Assembly (NCBI GenBank): GCA_019247845.1
Contig: JAFBAL010000029.1
Span: 1,215-65,214 of the forward strand
From: Alphaproteobacteria bacterium
GTDB lineage: Bacteria; Pseudomonadota; Alphaproteobacteria; Micropepsales; Micropepsaceae
Length of the DNA: 64,000 nucleotides
Reading direction: 5' to 3'
Shown here: one piece after another, positions 1 to 10,259 of the stretch
How the letters are laid out: each line of letters starts with the position of its first letter
Numbering within the stretch: the first letter of the stretch is position 1
The notes under the pieces: model-generated
Told to the model about the DNA's origin: nothing
Databases searched by the model: none
What the model saw: the letters and a program-made list of their open reading frames with translations, nothing else
Program-made: the position numbers and the translations under genes

Positions 1-87
1 CGCAACGTGGTGAACCACGCGTCCGACTTCGCCAAGGAAAGCCCCGAGCCCGATCGGGCCGAGCTCTATACGGACGTGCTGGCATGA
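1..87 (+). CDS. pdhA: Pyruvate dehydrogenase E1 alpha subunit, 3' end only (partial)
   Basis: Frame 1 reads [28 protein letters not shown], the typical E1-alpha C-terminus (SPEP..ELYTDV). Its TGA overlaps the pdhB ATG (ATGA at 84-87). Confidence 0.85.
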   Translation, partial: RNVVNHASDFAKESPEPDRAELYTDVLA

Positions 88-1460
88 CGCAGATATTGAT
101 GCCCGCGCTGTCGCCCACGATGGAAGAGGGCAAGCTGGCCAAGTGGCTTGTGAAGGAAGGCGATACGGTCAAGTCAGGCGACATCCTGGCGGAGATCGAG
201 ACCGACAAGGCGACGATGGAGTTCGAGGCCGTCGACGAGGGCAGGATCGGCAGGATCCTGGTTCCCGAAGGCACCGAGGGCGTCAAGGTCAACCAGCCGA
301 TCGCCGAGCTGGTCGGCGACGGCGAGGTCGCCAGACCCGTCGCCGCCGCGAAGTCCGAGACGCCCGCGCCCGAGACCAAGCGCGAGGTCGAAGCGCCGAA
401 GAAAGCCGGCGCACCCGCGGCCGCGCCCGAAGCGCAAGCCGCGCTCGCGGGGCCTGAAGTGCCCGAAGGCACCGAGATGGTGACGCAGACCGTGCGCGAG
501 GCGCTGCGCGACGCGATGGCGGAAGAGATGCGCCGCGACGATACCGTCTTCCTGATGGGCGAGGAGGTCGCGCAGTACCAGGGCGCCTACAAGGTGAGCC
601 AGGGTCTGCTCGACGAGTTCGGCGCGCAGCGCGTGATCGACACGCCGATCACCGAGCAGGGCTTCGCGGGCCTCGGCGTCGGCGCCGCGTTCGGCGGCTT
701 GAAGCCCATCGTCGAGTTCATGACCTGGAACTTCGCGATGCAGGCGATCGACCAGATCATCAATTCCGCCGCCAAGACGCGCTACATGTCGGGCGGGCAG
801 ATGCATTCGCCGATGGTGTTCCGCGGCCCCAACGGCCCGGCCAGCCGCGTCGGCGCGCAGCACAGCCAGGACTATTCGGCGTGGTATGCGAGCGTGCCCG
901 GCATCAAGGTCGTCGCGCCCTACTTCGCCGCCGACGCCAAGGGCCTGCTCAAGGCCGCGATCCGCGATCCCAATCCCGTCGTGTTCCTGGAGAACGAGAT
1001 CGTCTACGGCCGCTCGTTCCCGGTGCCCAAGCTCGACGATTTCGTGCTGCCCATCGGCAAGGCGCGCGTGGTGAAAGAAGGCACCTCCGTCACCATCGTC
1101 TCCTATTCGATCTGCGTCGGACAGATCCTGGAAGCCGCGGAGAAGCTCGCCGCCGAAGGCATCGATGCCGAGCTGATCGATTTGCGCACGCTGCGCCCGC
1201 TCGATACCGAGGCCGTGATCCGATCGGTGCGCAAGACCAACCGCCTCGTCACCGTCGAGCAGGGCTGGCCGGTCTGCTCCATCGGCTCGGAGCTCTGCGC
1301 GGTCGTCACCCAGGAAGCCTTCGACTGGCTCGACGCGCCGCCGACCAAGGTCACCGGCAAGGACGTGCCGATGCCCTATGCCGCCAACCTGGAAAAGCTC
1401 GCGCTGCCGACCGTGGACGACATCGTGCGGGCCGCGAAGGCGGTCTGCTACCGGAGCTGA
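84..1460 (+). CDS. pdhB: Pyruvate dehydrogenase E1 beta subunit with N-terminal lipoyl domain
   Basis: Lipoyl motif [10 protein letters not shown], Ala/Pro linker, then E1-beta motifs [21 protein letters not shown] and GAQHSQ. Confidence 0.97.
   Translation: MTQILMPALSPTMEEGKLAKWLVKEGDTVKSGDILAEIETDKATMEFEAVDEGRIGRILVPEGTEGVKVNQPIAELVGDGEVARPVAAAKSETPAPETKREVEAPKKAGAPAAAPEAQAALAGPEVPEGTEMVTQTVREALRDAMAEEMRRDDTVFLMGEEVAQYQGAYKVSQGLLDEFGAQRVIDTPITEQGFAGLGVGAAFGGLKPIVEFMTWNFAMQAIDQIINSAAKTRYMSGGQMHSPMVFRGPNGPASRVGAQHSQDYSAWYASVPGIKVVAPYFAADAKGLLKAAIRDPNPVVFLENEIVYGRSFPVPKLDDFVLPIGKARVVKEGTSVTIVSYSICVGQILEAAEKLAAEGIDAELIDLRTLRPLDTEAVIRSVRKTNRLVTVEQGWPVCSIGSELCAVVTQEAFDWLDAPPTKVTGKDVPMPYAANLEKLALPTVDDIVRAAKAVCYRS
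99..304 (+). repeat. Copy 1 of a 206-bp near-identical lipoyl-domain repeat (copy 2 at 2319-2524)
   Basis: Base-by-base comparison of 99-304 with 2319-2524 shows only 3 mismatches. Confidence 0.9.
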
Positions 1461-1463
1461 CGC

Positions 1464-1901
1464 ATGGCCGCGAAGAAAAAGTCTCCACCGAAGGACGCCG
1501 AGAACGTCGTCGAGAAGACTTGGAAGAAGGGCGGCTGCCATTGCGGCGCCGTCGCCTTCGAGGTGCGCACGCCGACCGCGGTCGATCTCGTCGACTGCAA
1601 TTGCTCGATGTGCTGCAAGACCGGCTATCTGCACCTGATCGTGGCCAGGAAGGACTTCCGCCTGGTGCGCGGCAAGGATGCGATTTCGACCTATACCTTC
1701 AACACCGGCGCGGCCAAGCACATGTTCTGCTCGGTTTGCGGCATCAAGTCGTTCTATGTCCCGCGCTCGCATCCCGACGGCTACAGCGTGAACTTCCGCT
1801 GCCTCGACGGGCGCGAGTTCACCTCGGTTTTCACCACCGAGTTCGACGGCCGCCATTGGGAGCAGCACGCGGGCGAGCTCGCGCGGCTCGAGGAGAACTG
1901 A
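1464..1901 (+). CDS. GFA / CENP-V family Zn-binding protein
   Basis: GGCHCG, CNCSMC and FCSVCG motifs. Confidence 0.9.
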   Translation: MAAKKKSPPKDAENVVEKTWKKGGCHCGAVAFEVRTPTAVDLVDCNCSMCCKTGYLHLIVARKDFRLVRGKDAISTYTFNTGAAKHMFCSVCGIKSFYVPRSHPDGYSVNFRCLDGREFTSVFTTEFDGRHWEQHAGELARLEEN

Positions 1902-2297
1902 GTGAGCGAGGCCGAGATCTCCAACCAGCTTCTCGCGCTGTCGGGGCTGGCGCTGTCCGGCGTCTCGGTGTTCTTCACGCTGTTCTCGGCCTATATCGTC
2001 GCGCTCTATTTCTTCCTGCACCGCGCGCCGTTGACGATGCGCGTCGCGGTGTTCATCTTCCTGACGCTGGCGGTCCTCTATCTGGGCATGCTGGCCAACG
2101 AGATGTCGACGCACGCCATGGGCCTGCATCAGGCGCTCAACGACTTGAACGCGGTCAAGCCGATCGGCGCGGGCGGCCGCGCGCTGCTCCACGGCGGGGA
2201 CAGCAACGTGGACCTGCGCTGGATGAACCTCGCGGGGCTCGTCGTGAACTATCTGGCGCTGCTCTATCTCACCTTCTTCTATCGCTGGGAGCATTAG
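1902..2297 (+). CDS. Small hypothetical membrane protein (about 3 TM helices)
   Basis: GTG start abuts the GFA stop; three hydrophobic stretches; ends 3 bp before pdhC. Confidence 0.7.
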   Translation: MSEAEISNQLLALSGLALSGVSVFFTLFSAYIVALYFFLHRAPLTMRVAVFIFLTLAVLYLGMLANEMSTHAMGLHQALNDLNAVKPIGAGGRALLHGGDSNVDLRWMNLAGLVVNYLALLYLTFFYRWEH

Positions 2298-2300
2298 GCG

Positions 2301-3671
2301 ATGGCGATCAACATCCTCATGCCCGCGCTGTCGCCCACGATGGAGGAGGGCAAGCTGGCCAAGTGGCTTGTGAAGGAAGGCGATGCGGTCAAGTCGGGCG
2401 ACATCCTGGCGGAGATCGAGACCGACAAGGCGACGATGGAGTTCGAGGCCGTCGACGAGGGCAGGATCGGCAGGATCCTGGTTCCCGAAGGCACCGAGGG
2501 CGTCAAGGTCAACCAGCCGATCGCAACCCTGATCGGCGAGGACGGCGACGCCGGTGCGCCGGCCGCCGCACCCGACATCTCTTCGGCGATGGCGTCCATC
2601 AAGGATGCCGTCACCGCCGAGGCGAAGAAGCCCGATGCGCCGAAGCCTGCGGCTGCGGCGCCCGCGCCCGCCGAGCATCCCGCGCAGCGCGGGGGCGAAC
2701 GCGTCTTCGCCTCGCCGCTGGCGCGCCGCATCGCCGAGCAGAAAGGTATCGACATTGCCGGCGTTTCGGGCACCGGTCCGCGCGGCCGCATCGTCAAGGC
2801 CGACGTCGAAGGCGCCAAGCCCGGCGCGCAGAAGCCCGCGGCTGCCGCGAAGTCCGCTGCCGCACAGGCGCAACCGGCCGCGCAAGCGGGTAGCGCGTCC
2901 ATTTCCGGCGTGGCGCCGCTGCCCGACGCGCGCGCCTTCTTCAAGCCTGAGGACGTCGAGGAGATCCCGCACGACTCGATGCGCAAGGCCATCGCGCGGC
3001 GGCTGACCTCGTCCAAGACGCTGATCCCGCATTTCTATCTGACCGTCGACTGCCGCATCGACGGCTTGCTCGCCACGCGCGCGCGGCTGAACGAGGCCGG
3101 CGCGAAGTCTGCCAATCGGCCCGCCGAAGGCGGGTCCGGGGGCGGCTTCAAGCTCTCCGTGAACGACTTCGTGGTGAAGGCCTCGGCGCTGGCGCTGATG
3201 CGCGTGCCGGAAGTCAACGCCAGCTGGACCGACACCGCGATCCTGCGCCACAAGCATGCCGATGTCGGCGTCGCGGTGGCGCTCGATTTCGGCCTGATCA
3301 CACCCATCGTCTTCCGCGCGGAGGAGAAGGGGTTGGCCGCGATCTCGAACGAGATCAAGTCGCTGGCCGAGCGCGCCAAGGCCAAGAAGCTCAAGCCCCA
3401 GGAGTTCGAAGGCGGCGGCTTCTCGGTCTCGAACCTCGGCATGTTCGGCATCAAGCAATTCACCGGCGTCATCAACCCGCCGCATGCCGCGATCCTGGCG
3501 GTCGGTGCGGGCGAGAGCCGCGCGGTCGTCGTGGGCGGCAAGGTCGAGGCCGCGACGATGATGACGGTCACCATGTCCTGCGACCACCGCGTCATCGACG
3601 GCGCCACCGGCGCGCGCTTCCTGGAAGCCTTCAAGCAGTACGTCGAAGAACCGGCCGCGATGCTGCTATAG
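2301..3671 (+). CDS. pdhC: Dihydrolipoamide acetyltransferase (PDH E2)
   Basis: Lipoyl domain, E3-binding motif [17 protein letters not shown], catalytic DHRVIDG. Confidence 0.97.
   Translation: MAINILMPALSPTMEEGKLAKWLVKEGDAVKSGDILAEIETDKATMEFEAVDEGRIGRILVPEGTEGVKVNQPIATLIGEDGDAGAPAAAPDISSAMASIKDAVTAEAKKPDAPKPAAAAPAPAEHPAQRGGERVFASPLARRIAEQKGIDIAGVSGTGPRGRIVKADVEGAKPGAQKPAAAAKSAAAQAQPAAQAGSASISGVAPLPDARAFFKPEDVEEIPHDSMRKAIARRLTSSKTLIPHFYLTVDCRIDGLLATRARLNEAGAKSANRPAEGGSGGGFKLSVNDFVVKASALALMRVPEVNASWTDTAILRHKHADVGVAVALDFGLITPIVFRAEEKGLAAISNEIKSLAERAKAKKLKPQEFEGGGFSVSNLGMFGIKQFTGVINPPHAAILAVGAGESRAVVVGGKVEAATMMTVTMSCDHRVIDGATGARFLEAFKQYVEEPAAMLL
2319..2524 (+). repeat. Copy 2 of the 206-bp lipoyl-domain repeat
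   Basis: 203/206 identical to 99-304. Confidence 0.9.
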
Positions 3672-3694
3672 TGGCGGCATCGGGGGCTTAAGGC

Positions 3695-4861
3695 ATGGAC
3701 GAACTCGAAGCCATTCTGGAGACCAGCGCGGTCGCGGCGGTGGAGGTCGCGGCTTCGGCGATGGCCGACCGCGGGCACCAGGTCGGCGCCTGTCCCAATT
3801 GCGGAAAGCCGATGATCGGCGCCTTCTGCGCGGTCTGCGGCCAGCCGCGCGACATCCACCGCCGCTCGGTCTGGGGCCTGGTCAAGGTCCTGGTCGAGGA
3901 CATCGTCAGCTTCGACAGCCGCATCCTGCGCACCGGCTTCGCGCTGGTGAGCAAGCCCGGCGAGTTGGCGCTGGCCTTCCGCGAGGGCCGCACCCAGCGC
4001 TATCTGCCGGCGCTGCGGCTCTACCTCTTCACCTCGCTCGTCTTCTTCCTGATCCTGGGCTTCACCAACACCGCGATCATGCAGCTGCAGGTCGTGGCAA
4101 CGCCGCAGAAGATCGTCTGGCAGAACGGCAAGCCTTATATCCGCAACCCGGCGCGCGACGACGGCGATCCCGATACCGCCTTTCTTCCGAAGATGATCCC
4201 GATCTCGCCGGAGAAGGCCAGGAAGCCCGGCGGGCTGTGGAACTATTCGACCAAGATGTACTTCTTCGAGCCCATCGGCATCTATCACGCCGACCTCTCG
4301 CCGGAAGCGCGCGCGCGGCTGAAGGACACCGACGTCAATTTCGAAGTCGACGACGCGCACCATCCCAAGCATCCTCTCTCGCCCGACGCCAGGAAGAAGG
4401 CAGCGCAGACCAAGAGCTGGATCGAGAAGAAGATCTACGAAGGCATGCAGCGGCTCGTCGCCGACCCGGCCGCGCTGAACGGTCCGCTCACCACCTGGAT
4501 CCCGCGCGTGCTGTTCCTGTTGATGCCGCTCTACGCGATGCTGCTCGCGCTCTTCTACATCCGCCAGCGCAAGACGTTCTACTACGTCGACCACCTGATC
4601 TTCTCGCTGACCATCCACACCTTCGGCTTCGTGCTGCTTCTGGCGGCGGCGGGTGCGGCGCGGCTGATACCGGGGAACACCGTGGCCACCGCCGCTCTTG
4701 TCATCGGCGGGTTGTACACTTTGCTGGCCACCAGGCGTTTCTATCAGCAGAACTGGTTCTGGACCGTGGTCAAGTTCGCGCTGGTCTCGTTCTTCTACAC
4801 CTGCTTCTTCGCGCTGCCGGCGCTGGGCGTGGTGATCGTCTTGGGCTTCCTGAACGTCTAG
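3695..4861 (+). CDS. DUF3667-like membrane protein with N-terminal Zn-ribbon
   Basis: CPNCG..FCAVCGQ, then PG.L...(F/Y).EG....YLP.LRLYL and several C-terminal TM helices with HLIFSL.IH. Confidence 0.8.
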   Translation: MDELEAILETSAVAAVEVAASAMADRGHQVGACPNCGKPMIGAFCAVCGQPRDIHRRSVWGLVKVLVEDIVSFDSRILRTGFALVSKPGELALAFREGRTQRYLPALRLYLFTSLVFFLILGFTNTAIMQLQVVATPQKIVWQNGKPYIRNPARDDGDPDTAFLPKMIPISPEKARKPGGLWNYSTKMYFFEPIGIYHADLSPEARARLKDTDVNFEVDDAHHPKHPLSPDARKKAAQTKSWIEKKIYEGMQRLVADPAALNGPLTTWIPRVLFLLMPLYAMLLALFYIRQRKTFYYVDHLIFSLTIHTFGFVLLLAAAGAARLIPGNTVATAALVIGGLYTLLATRRFYQQNWFWTVVKFALVSFFYTCFFALPALGVVIVLGFLNV

Positions 4862-4871
4862 AGGTTTCGTG

Positions 4872-6251
4872 ATGGCGGATGCGTTCGACGTGATCGTGGT
4901 GGGCGGCGGACCGGGCGGCTATGTCTCAGCCATCCGCGCCGCGCAGCTGGGCCTGAAGACCGCCGTGGTCGAGCGCGACAAGCTCGGCGGCATCTGCCTC
5001 AACTGGGGCTGCATCCCGACAAAGGCCCTGCTGCGCTCGTCGGAGATCTTCCACCTGATGCACCGCTTGGGCGAGTTCGGCTTCTCGGCCGACAACCTCA
5101 CATTCGACATCAAGAAGATCGTCGAGCGCTCGCGCAAGGTCTCGCTGCAGCTCTCGAACGGCGTCGCCTTCCTGATGAAGAAGGACAAGATCGCCGTCAT
5201 CGCGGGCGAGGCCTCGTTCCCCGCGCCCGGCAGGATCGTCGTGGCGGGCAAGGATTACACCGCCAAGAACATCGTGCTCGCCACCGGGGCGCGGGCGCGC
5301 ACCATGCCGGGACTCGAGCCCGACGGGAAGCTGATCTGGACCTATCGCGAGGCGATGGTGCCCGACGCGTTCCCGAAGTCGCTGCTGGTCGTGGGCTCGG
5401 GCGCCATCGGCATCGAGTTCGCGAGCTTCTATCGCACCTTGGGCGCAGAGGTGACGGTGGTCGAGGTGATGGACCGCGTGCTGCCCGTCGAGGACGAGGA
5501 GATCTCGGGCCTGGCGCAGAAGGCCTTCGTCAAGCAGGGCATGAAGATCAAGACCGCGACCACGGTCGAGAAGCTCCAGAAGGGCGCGGACAGCGTCACC
5601 GCGACGCTCAGAGGCAAGGACGGCAAGACCGAGACCGTCACCGTCGAGCGCGTGATCCTGGCGGTCGGCATCGTGGGCAATGTCGAGGGGCTCGAGACGC
5701 TGGGCGTGAAGATCGAGAAGACCCACGTCGTCACCGATCAATGGGGCGCGACCGGCGTCGCGGGCACCTGGGCGATCGGCGATCTCGTCGGCCCGCCCTG
5801 GCTCGCGCACAAGGCCATGCATGAGGGCGTGATCGTCGCCGAGCGCATCGCGGGCGTGAAGGGCGTCCATCCGCTGGACACCGCAAGCGTACCCGGCTGC
5901 ACCTATTGCTGGCCGCAGGTCGCCAGCGTCGGCATGACCGAGGCCAAGGCGAAGGCGTCGGGCCGCAAGGTCAAGGTCGGCCGCTTCCCGTTCATCGGCA
6001 ACGGCAAGGCGATTGCCTTGGGCGACGCCGACGGGCTCGTCAAGACGGTGTTCGACGCCGAGACCGGCGAGCTTCTGGGCGCGCATATGATCGGCGCCGA
6101 GGTGACCGAGCTGATCCAGGGCTATACGGTCGCCAAGACGCACGAGGCGACCGAAGCCTCGCTCGCCGCCACCATCTTCCCGCATCCGACCCTGTCCGAG
6201 ATGATGCACGAAGCCGTGCTCGACGCCGACAAGAAGGCGCTGCACATATGA
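4872..6251 (+). CDS. lpdA: Dihydrolipoamide dehydrogenase (E3)
   Basis: GGGPGGY FAD motif, GGICLNWGCIPTK redox-active disulfide, HPTLSE. ATG at 4872 follows GAGG. Confidence 0.97.
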   Translation: MADAFDVIVVGGGPGGYVSAIRAAQLGLKTAVVERDKLGGICLNWGCIPTKALLRSSEIFHLMHRLGEFGFSADNLTFDIKKIVERSRKVSLQLSNGVAFLMKKDKIAVIAGEASFPAPGRIVVAGKDYTAKNIVLATGARARTMPGLEPDGKLIWTYREAMVPDAFPKSLLVVGSGAIGIEFASFYRTLGAEVTVVEVMDRVLPVEDEEISGLAQKAFVKQGMKIKTATTVEKLQKGADSVTATLRGKDGKTETVTVERVILAVGIVGNVEGLETLGVKIEKTHVVTDQWGATGVAGTWAIGDLVGPPWLAHKAMHEGVIVAERIAGVKGVHPLDTASVPGCTYCWPQVASVGMTEAKAKASGRKVKVGRFPFIGNGKAIALGDADGLVKTVFDAETGELLGAHMIGAEVTELIQGYTVAKTHEATEASLAATIFPHPTLSEMMHEAVLDADKKALHI

Positions 6252-6622
6252 GCGCCGTGCGCAGCATCCTCGTCGTCGTGGCGGTGGTGTTGGCGATCCC
6301 GCTGCTGGCCCTGCTGGTCTTGTGGCTGCGCGCGGGCAAGGTGGTCGTGGTGCAGAACGTCGGCAGCACCGGCATCGAGGTCACCGAGACGATCAGCGAC
6401 GGAAACTACGTCGAGCACACCGACGCCACGGTGCTCGGTCCGGGCAAGACGACCTGGCTCTATTTCTTCCCCAAGATCAAAGGCCCGCTGCTGCTGCGCT
6501 GCGTGGGCGCGGGAAGCTCGGCGCGCGTCTCGCTCGGCATCGATCCGGGACGGTTCCTGTATTCGAACGTGACGCTGGATGGTTGCGACCGCGTGGTCCG
6601 GCGCAGCGGGTTCACGCTCTAA
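6248..6622 (+). CDS. Hypothetical protein with N-terminal membrane anchor (124 aa)
   Basis: ATGA overlap with the lpdA stop; MSAVRSILVVVAVVLAIPLLALLVLW is followed by a beta-rich domain with two Cys. Confidence 0.65.
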   Translation: MSAVRSILVVVAVVLAIPLLALLVLWLRAGKVVVVQNVGSTGIEVTETISDGNYVEHTDATVLGPGKTTWLYFFPKIKGPLLLRCVGAGSSARVSLGIDPGRFLYSNVTLDGCDRVVRRSGFTL

Positions 6623-7200
6623 TTCAGCAGCCGCTTCACATCCTCGGTCAATCCATCGACGTCGTCGGTCGAGGTGGTGACCAGCCGCGCGCTGCCGGCG
6701 CGGTCGAAGAAGAACACCGAGTTGGAATGCATCACCGTGTAGGGATGGCCGGGGCTGTCCTTGGTCACGCGATAGAGCACGCGATAGCGCCGGGCGAGTG
6801 CCATCAGCCCGTTGGGCGGGCCGGTCAACCCGTCGATCTGGTGGGCGAAGCCGCGCACGTATTTGCTCAGGATCGGCTGGGTGTCGCGGTCGGGATCGAC
6901 GCTGACGAACAGGACGGCGACGTCATAGGCCTGGGTGTCGAGCTTGGTCAGCACCTGGGCGAGGTTGGCGAGCGTGGTCGGGCAGACGTCGGGGCAGTGG
7001 GTATAGCCGAAATAGAGGATGACGACCTTGCCGCGATAGTTCTGCTCGCTGACCATCGAGGCGTCGTTGGCGCGCAGCATGCGCAGCTGCAGCTTGGGCA
7101 TGGAGCCGGTGATGTCGGTGGCGTGCCACGGCTTGTCCCCCCCGCCGCAGGCGGCGAGGGTCAAGGCAAGCGCAAGCACGGCGAAGCGCACGAACGTCAT
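6619..7200 (-). CDS. SCO1/SenC family copper chaperone (lipoprotein)
   Basis: Lipobox LAAC, FGYTHCPDVCP copper motif, VSVDPDRD, VMHS. Start at CAT 7198-7200. Confidence 0.92.
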   Translation of the reverse strand: MTFVRFAVLALALTLAACGGGDKPWHATDITGSMPKLQLRMLRANDASMVSEQNYRGKVVILYFGYTHCPDVCPTTLANLAQVLTKLDTQAYDVAVLFVSVDPDRDTQPILSKYVRGFAHQIDGLTGPPNGLMALARRYRVLYRVTKDSPGHPYTVMHSNSVFFFDRAGSARLVTTSTDDVDGLTEDVKRLLN

Positions 7201-7272
7201 CGCGCCTCGATAGCATATCTGTGACCAAACGCCACTGGCCGCATTCGCGCAGGGGCGGCAAAGTCGCCCGCC

Positions 7273-8193
7273 ATGACGGCAACCCGGCACGCGACGACGT
7301 CCTCGACGCACATCGGCGCGAACCTGCCTTACGCGCTGCTGCTGACAGTGGGCGCGGTGCTGTACGTGCTGTGCCGCTACTTCCCCGTGGAGGTGCCGTT
7401 CTGGCTGCCGTGGGAGTTCTCCTGGCCGGTCTTCCTGGTGACCTTCCTGGTCCTGTTCTGGTTCGTGCGGGGCCTTAGGCGCGGCGAGGACTTGGCCCCC
7501 TGGCGCATCGCCTGCTTCGTGCTCGGGATCGCGATGGACTACGCGGTGCTGCAGACGCATCTCGACTTCTATGCCCAGCACATGTTCTTCGTGCACCGTG
7601 CGGCGCATTTCGTGCTGCATCACGCCGGCGCGTTCCTGATCGCGCTCGGCGCCGCGGGACCTGCGATCCGGCGCGGCATGCCCGACTACCTGGCGCCGCT
7701 GCTCGATGCACGGCCGGTGAAGGCCGCGATGAATGTCATGCAGCATCCCGCGGTGGCGCCGGCGCTGTTCGTGGGCCTGCTCTATTTCTGGCTGATCCCC
7801 GCGCTGCATACCCGCGTGATGCTCGACGGCAATCTCTACGACGTGATGAACTGGACCATGGCGCTGAACGGCATCGCGTTCTGGTGGCTGGTTCTCGACC
7901 CGCGTCCCAAGCCGCCCGCGCGCCTCTCCAGCCTGATGCGCGGGCTGATGATCCTTTTGATCGAGCTGCCGCAGATGGTCTTGGGCGCCATCCTCTCGCT
8001 CTCGACGCGGGACTATTATCCGGTCTACACGATCTGCGGACGCATCTTCGACATGACGGCGCTGAACGACCAGCATTACGGCGGGCTGATCATCTGGCTG
8101 CCGGGAACCTTGACGAGCTTCGCCGCGATGATCGCGGTCCTCGTCCATATGCGGATCAACGAGGAGAGGGCGGAAAATGCGCATCAGGCTTGA
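7273..8193 (+). CDS. ctaG: Cytochrome c oxidase assembly protein (CtaG / caa3-type family)
   Basis: Multi-TM protein with HMFFVHRAAHFVLHH, WHxP-like WLIP and DQHYGGLIIWLPG. Confidence 0.82.
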   Translation: MTATRHATTSSTHIGANLPYALLLTVGAVLYVLCRYFPVEVPFWLPWEFSWPVFLVTFLVLFWFVRGLRRGEDLAPWRIACFVLGIAMDYAVLQTHLDFYAQHMFFVHRAAHFVLHHAGAFLIALGAAGPAIRRGMPDYLAPLLDARPVKAAMNVMQHPAVAPALFVGLLYFWLIPALHTRVMLDGNLYDVMNWTMALNGIAFWWLVLDPRPKPPARLSSLMRGLMILLIELPQMVLGAILSLSTRDYYPVYTICGRIFDMTALNDQHYGGLIIWLPGTLTSFAAMIAVLVHMRINEERAENAHQA

Positions 8194-8605
8194 TTGGATG
8201 CTGGCAGGGCTCGTGATTGCCATGCCCGCTTCCGCAGCGGACCTGACGGTGAGCGATGCCTGGATCCGCGCGCTGCCCGCCAAGCTGCCGGCCGCGGGCT
8301 ATTTCACGCTGACCAACACGGGCAAGGCCGAGGTCTCGCTCACCGGCGCGTCGAGCGTTGCCTGCGGCATGCTGATGCTGCACAAGAGCGCGCAATCCGG
8401 CGGCATGGGCAGCATGGAGGACGTGGCCGCCGTCGCGGTGCCCGCGGGCGGCACGATCAGGTTCGCGCCGGGTGGCTATCACCTGATGTGCATGGACCCG
8501 ACGCCGGCGGTCAAGCCGGGCGGCAAGATCGGCGTCGAGCTCACTTTCGCAGGCGGCGCCAGGCTGGCGGCCGACTTCGCGGTGAAGAACGCGCAGGGCA
8601 AATAG
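8177..8605 (+). CDS. PCu(A)C periplasmic copper chaperone
   Basis: Signal peptide, DAWIRA, AAGYF, LHKS..GMGSM, PGGYHLM. Confidence 0.9.
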   Translation: MRIRLDWMLAGLVIAMPASAADLTVSDAWIRALPAKLPAAGYFTLTNTGKAEVSLTGASSVACGMLMLHKSAQSGGMGSMEDVAAVAVPAGGTIRFAPGGYHLMCMDPTPAVKPGGKIGVELTFAGGARLAADFAVKNAQGK

Positions 8606-8652
8606 GCGGCAGCAGCTCCAGTCGCGCCGGCCGCCGCCGGCAAGGCCGGCCC

Positions 8653-9375
8653 TCAGTAGTCGAACAGCTCCTTCAGGAACCATTCGCGCTCGCGCAGGAT
8701 CTCGCGGGTCTCGCGCCCGATCTTGGGATTGTCCTCGAACGCGTCGACGCGGTCCGAGGTGTTGAGCTTGTCGCTCTCGTGGATCAATCCCAGCGCCTTG
8801 TCGACGTTCATCGCGTGGCGAAGCTCGCCGGTGACGAGACGCTCGAAGTCCTCGCGCAGGGTCTCGTTGCGGATGACGTATTGGGCGATGTTGTTTTCCT
8901 TGTACGCCGCGCGCAGGTCGTCCTTGGTCCTGCACGCCTTGATCGTCTCGTAGGGGTTCTTCATCGCCAGCTCGAGGAAGCGATAGGTCTGGAAGCCGAT
9001 CAGATCGTGGATCGCCTTTTCCCTTCCATAGGTGTCGTCGAGCAGCTTCGCCTGGTCGAGGTCGAGGATGAACTTGAGCCAGCGCCTAAACCCGCGCCAG
9101 GTCGAATCGTAGAAGTCGCCATGCCCCTTCTTGCGCAGCCGGCGCGACAGGCCGCCCGCGCCGCTGCAGCCGTGCGAGTACAGCGAGATGTACTGGTCGC
9201 GCGGCTCGCGCACGGTGATGAAATGGAACTTCTCCGGGTGATAGTCGTCGCCGACGGGCCGGTGCTTCTCGAAGGCCACGATTTTCTCGTTCGCGCATTC
9301 GGTCAGCACGTACGAGATGAAGGTCGATCCGGTCTTCTGCGTGTCAAGGTAAACGAACGTTTCGAACTCGTGCAT
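8653..9375 (-). CDS. Sulfotransferase-family protein (240 aa)
   Basis: MHEFETFVYLDTQKTGSTFI (5'-PSB loop) and VREPRDQYISLY (3'-PB). Confidence 0.75.
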   Translation of the reverse strand: MHEFETFVYLDTQKTGSTFISYVLTECANEKIVAFEKHRPVGDDYHPEKFHFITVREPRDQYISLYSHGCSGAGGLSRRLRKKGHGDFYDSTWRGFRRWLKFILDLDQAKLLDDTYGREKAIHDLIGFQTYRFLELAMKNPYETIKACRTKDDLRAAYKENNIAQYVIRNETLREDFERLVTGELRHAMNVDKALGLIHESDKLNTSDRVDAFEDNPKIGRETREILREREWFLKELFDY

Positions 9376-9380
9376 ACGCT

Positions 9381-10259
9381 TCACACGCCGTAGCGCGACC
9401 CCCATTCCTTTGCCGGGCCGCCCAGGATGGCGGCGCTTGCGTGAATCTCGTCCTTGAAGAAGTCGGCGAGGACGTTCTTGATGTCGTCGGTCATCTCGAG
9501 CTTGGCGGCGGATGCCTTGCGATTGTGGTCCGGCGGGATGTCGCCGCTGCTTTTTTGGGGATCGGCGCCCAGGAAGGTGAGGATGTCGGCGCGCGTCTCG
9601 TCGGGCTTGGACGCGATGTCGTCGAAGAAGAACCAGCGGAAGTTCACCTTCGGCGCGTGCTTCTGCCAGCGCTCGACGATGCGCGCGGGATAGCCGACGC
9701 GCTGGAGCTGCGGATAGCGCTCGAGATAGCGGCGGAAGCGCACCGGATCGGCAAGCATGCTCGAATCGAACTTCTCGCGGCGGTGCGCCATGGAGAGCTG
9801 CGACCAGGCGCGCGACACCGGATCGCGCACCAGGACCAGCACGCGGATCTCGGGGAAGCGGGCGGCGACCTTCTCGATGACGTCGCCTTCCATGCCGCTG
9901 TAGCCGGGCGTGACGTCGCCCGAGATCAACTTGCCCTTGAACCGGAACAACTGCGCGTATTTGTCCAGGTCGACCGGCTTGCCGGACAGCGCGGCCGCCT
10001 CTTCCAGGAACTCCATGTCGTGCTCGCCCCATTTGCGGCGCGAGCCCGACCTTTCCTTGTTCTGCCGCTTGGCCCGCTTGGCCTTTTTCAGCCCCTTGAG
10101 CGCATTGGTGAATTGCGGCACGTCGCGGCTCAAATAATGGAATTCCTTGACCGGCGGCATCCAGAAATCGGGATGGAACTGGAGCTGATCGAACAGCCAG
10201 CCGGTGCCGGCCTTCTGCATGCCCACGCAAAGGAAATCTGGACCCACTTCCACAAACAT
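9381..10259 (-). CDS. Sulfotransferase (PDFLCxGxQKAGT type)
   Basis: GPDFLCVGMQKAGTGWL, KEFHY, GDVTPGY, VRDPVSRAWS; SD-like GGGGAG upstream of ATG 10259. Confidence 0.88.
   Translation of the reverse strand: MFVEVGPDFLCVGMQKAGTGWLFDQLQFHPDFWMPPVKEFHYLSRDVPQFTNALKGLKKAKRAKRQNKERSGSRRKWGEHDMEFLEEAAALSGKPVDLDKYAQLFRFKGKLISGDVTPGYSGMEGDVIEKVAARFPEIRVLVLVRDPVSRAWSQLSMAHRREKFDSSMLADPVRFRRYLERYPQLQRVGYPARIVERWQKHAPKVNFRWFFFDDIASKPDETRADILTFLGADPQKSSGDIPPDHNRKASAAKLEMTDDIKNVLADFFKDEIHASAAILGGPAKEWGSRYGV

Noticed and set aside
174-3587. 1137-aa minus-strand ORF antisense to pdhB-pdhC (likewise 4926-6245, 16221-18881 and 20831-22942)
   Set aside because: Shadow ORFs produced by high-GC codon bias on the sense strand; Arg/Gly/His-rich translation with no family motifs.
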